This document shows, piece after piece, positions 63,070 through 64,000 of a stretch of 64,000 nucleotides of DNA. The translations under genes were made by a program, and so were the position numbers. The DNA lies in the NCBI GenBank assembly GCA_951406725.2, contig OX597831.1, forward strand, positions 70,494,001 to 70,558,000, written 5' to 3'. The notes under the pieces were generated by a model. It had not been told where the DNA came from. It ran no database searches and saw nothing but the letters and a program-made list of their open reading frames with translations. Within the stretch, counting starts at the first letter, position 1; the number at the start of each line of letters is the position of its first letter. Source of the DNA: Octopus vulgaris. Taxonomy: Eukaryota.

Positions 63070-63430
63070 GGAAAGTGTTAAAACATTTTGTTACTCAGGA
63101 GACATGCAGAAGGTAAACTGAACTCAGCAATAGTGGTTAGAATGTGATGTGCATGAAAGCAGTTCCAGGAATTGTATTGGTTAATGAGGAATGATGTGCC
63201 ACTAAAACTGAAGAGAGAAGTGACTGTTACATGTAACAGTAGAATGAGAAGTGTTTTGATGTTTGGGAATGAGACAATCTCAAGGAATGGTGAGCAGCAA
63301 AGACAACAATTTCGAAAGACATTAAATGTAAATGGTTCAGTGGATAAGTGGTATGTCACTAAGAGAGAGGGGGGAAAGAGGTGGGGAAACAATGAATTTT
63401 GGGTAATTTGCTTAAGAAGAATGAAGAGAA
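63070..63430 (+). mobile_element. RTE-type LINE fragment, highly decayed
   Basis: ..CA*KQFQELYWLMRNDVPLKLK..RSVLMFGNET. Confidence 0.55.
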
Positions 63431-63459
63431 ATTGACTTCTTAACCACACAACCATGCAT

Positions 63460-63791
63460 TCATAAATATAAATGTTTTGCTCATGGTAGCATTCTTGTAA
63501 GCTGTTTGAAGCATGGCAACAGTTTTGATCACCATTTTCCCCTGTAGAAAACAGAATTTCACAGAAGCACGCTTTTCCTTCATTTCAGCCATAGCAAAAA
63601 TCAACAAACAGTGGGGAAGCACTGCAAAACAATGATGCACCACATGACGGTATGACTCCACTAAATGCCGCCAGTTGGCGAACTGATGCCTGCCCGTTTT
63701 ACGGTTTCATAAATTGGCATCTAGCAGTAGAAGTCTAAGCTATGACTGGCTTACCCCACAGAGAATGTTTCCAGTTACTTTTGCGTACCTC

Positions 63792-63797
<6 letters not shown>
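63460..63797 (-). mobile_element. Mariner 5' fragment
   Basis: MAEMKEKRASVKFCFLQGK..TVAMLQTAY; terminus TATGAAGAGGTACGCAAAAGT next to (TA)n. Confidence 0.75.
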
Positions 63798-63824
<27 letters not shown>

Positions 63825-63832
<8 letters not shown>

Positions 63833-63968
63833 TATATAGAGGGTATTATTACACACAAATGTTGCACGCTAGGAGGGACTTTTAAAGTCATAACTACCAA
63901 ATATAGATATTGGTAGTTATGGCTTTAAAAGTCCCTGTGTAATAATGCCCTCTATATAATATAAATAA
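63825..63968. repeat. Fold-back element adjacent to (TA)n
   Basis: Nested inverted segments ATTTATATTATATAGAGGG..TATTACACA and GGGACTTTTAAAGTCATAACTACCAA, each with a right-hand complement. Confidence 0.8.
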
Positions 63969-64000
63969 ATATTTTGAAGTCAAAAAATTTACAGATTTTT

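Overview
AT-rich, repeat-saturated animal DNA, intronic or intergenic. The SINE families and microsatellite load look like an octopod cephalopod; this is an inference from memory, not a database match. I found no intact protein-coding gene, and nearly all ORF-track entries are microsatellite or SINE read-throughs. The window contains: (1) about 30 tRNA-derived SINE copies from 3-4 families; (2) decayed RTE and R4/Dong-type LINE fragments; (3) four mariner remnants, a hAT remnant, and piggyBac-type and other MITEs; (4) a Helitron helicase remnant and a complete non-autonomous Helitron; (5) a decayed Penelope-like retroelement (RT plus GIY-YIG) at about 22.8-26.5 kb. The most interesting layer is a set of short non-coding elements, most of them fold-back and most next to (TA)n tracts, that carry type I minimal hammerhead ribozyme motifs. 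One motif has an intact core (35731-35794, minus strand). Degenerate or variant motifs lie at about 5.0, 18.5, 40.0, 52.4, 59.1 and 59.5-59.7 kb. Their layout of tail, arm and inverted arm matches Penelope pseudo-LTRs, which suggests several families of ribozyme-bearing non-autonomous retroelements. The window also records many local template-switch events: inverted flank duplications, templated insertions, an 82-bp target-site duplication and a U2 snRNA fragment insertion. Coordinates were counted by eye, and the ends of decayed elements are approximate.
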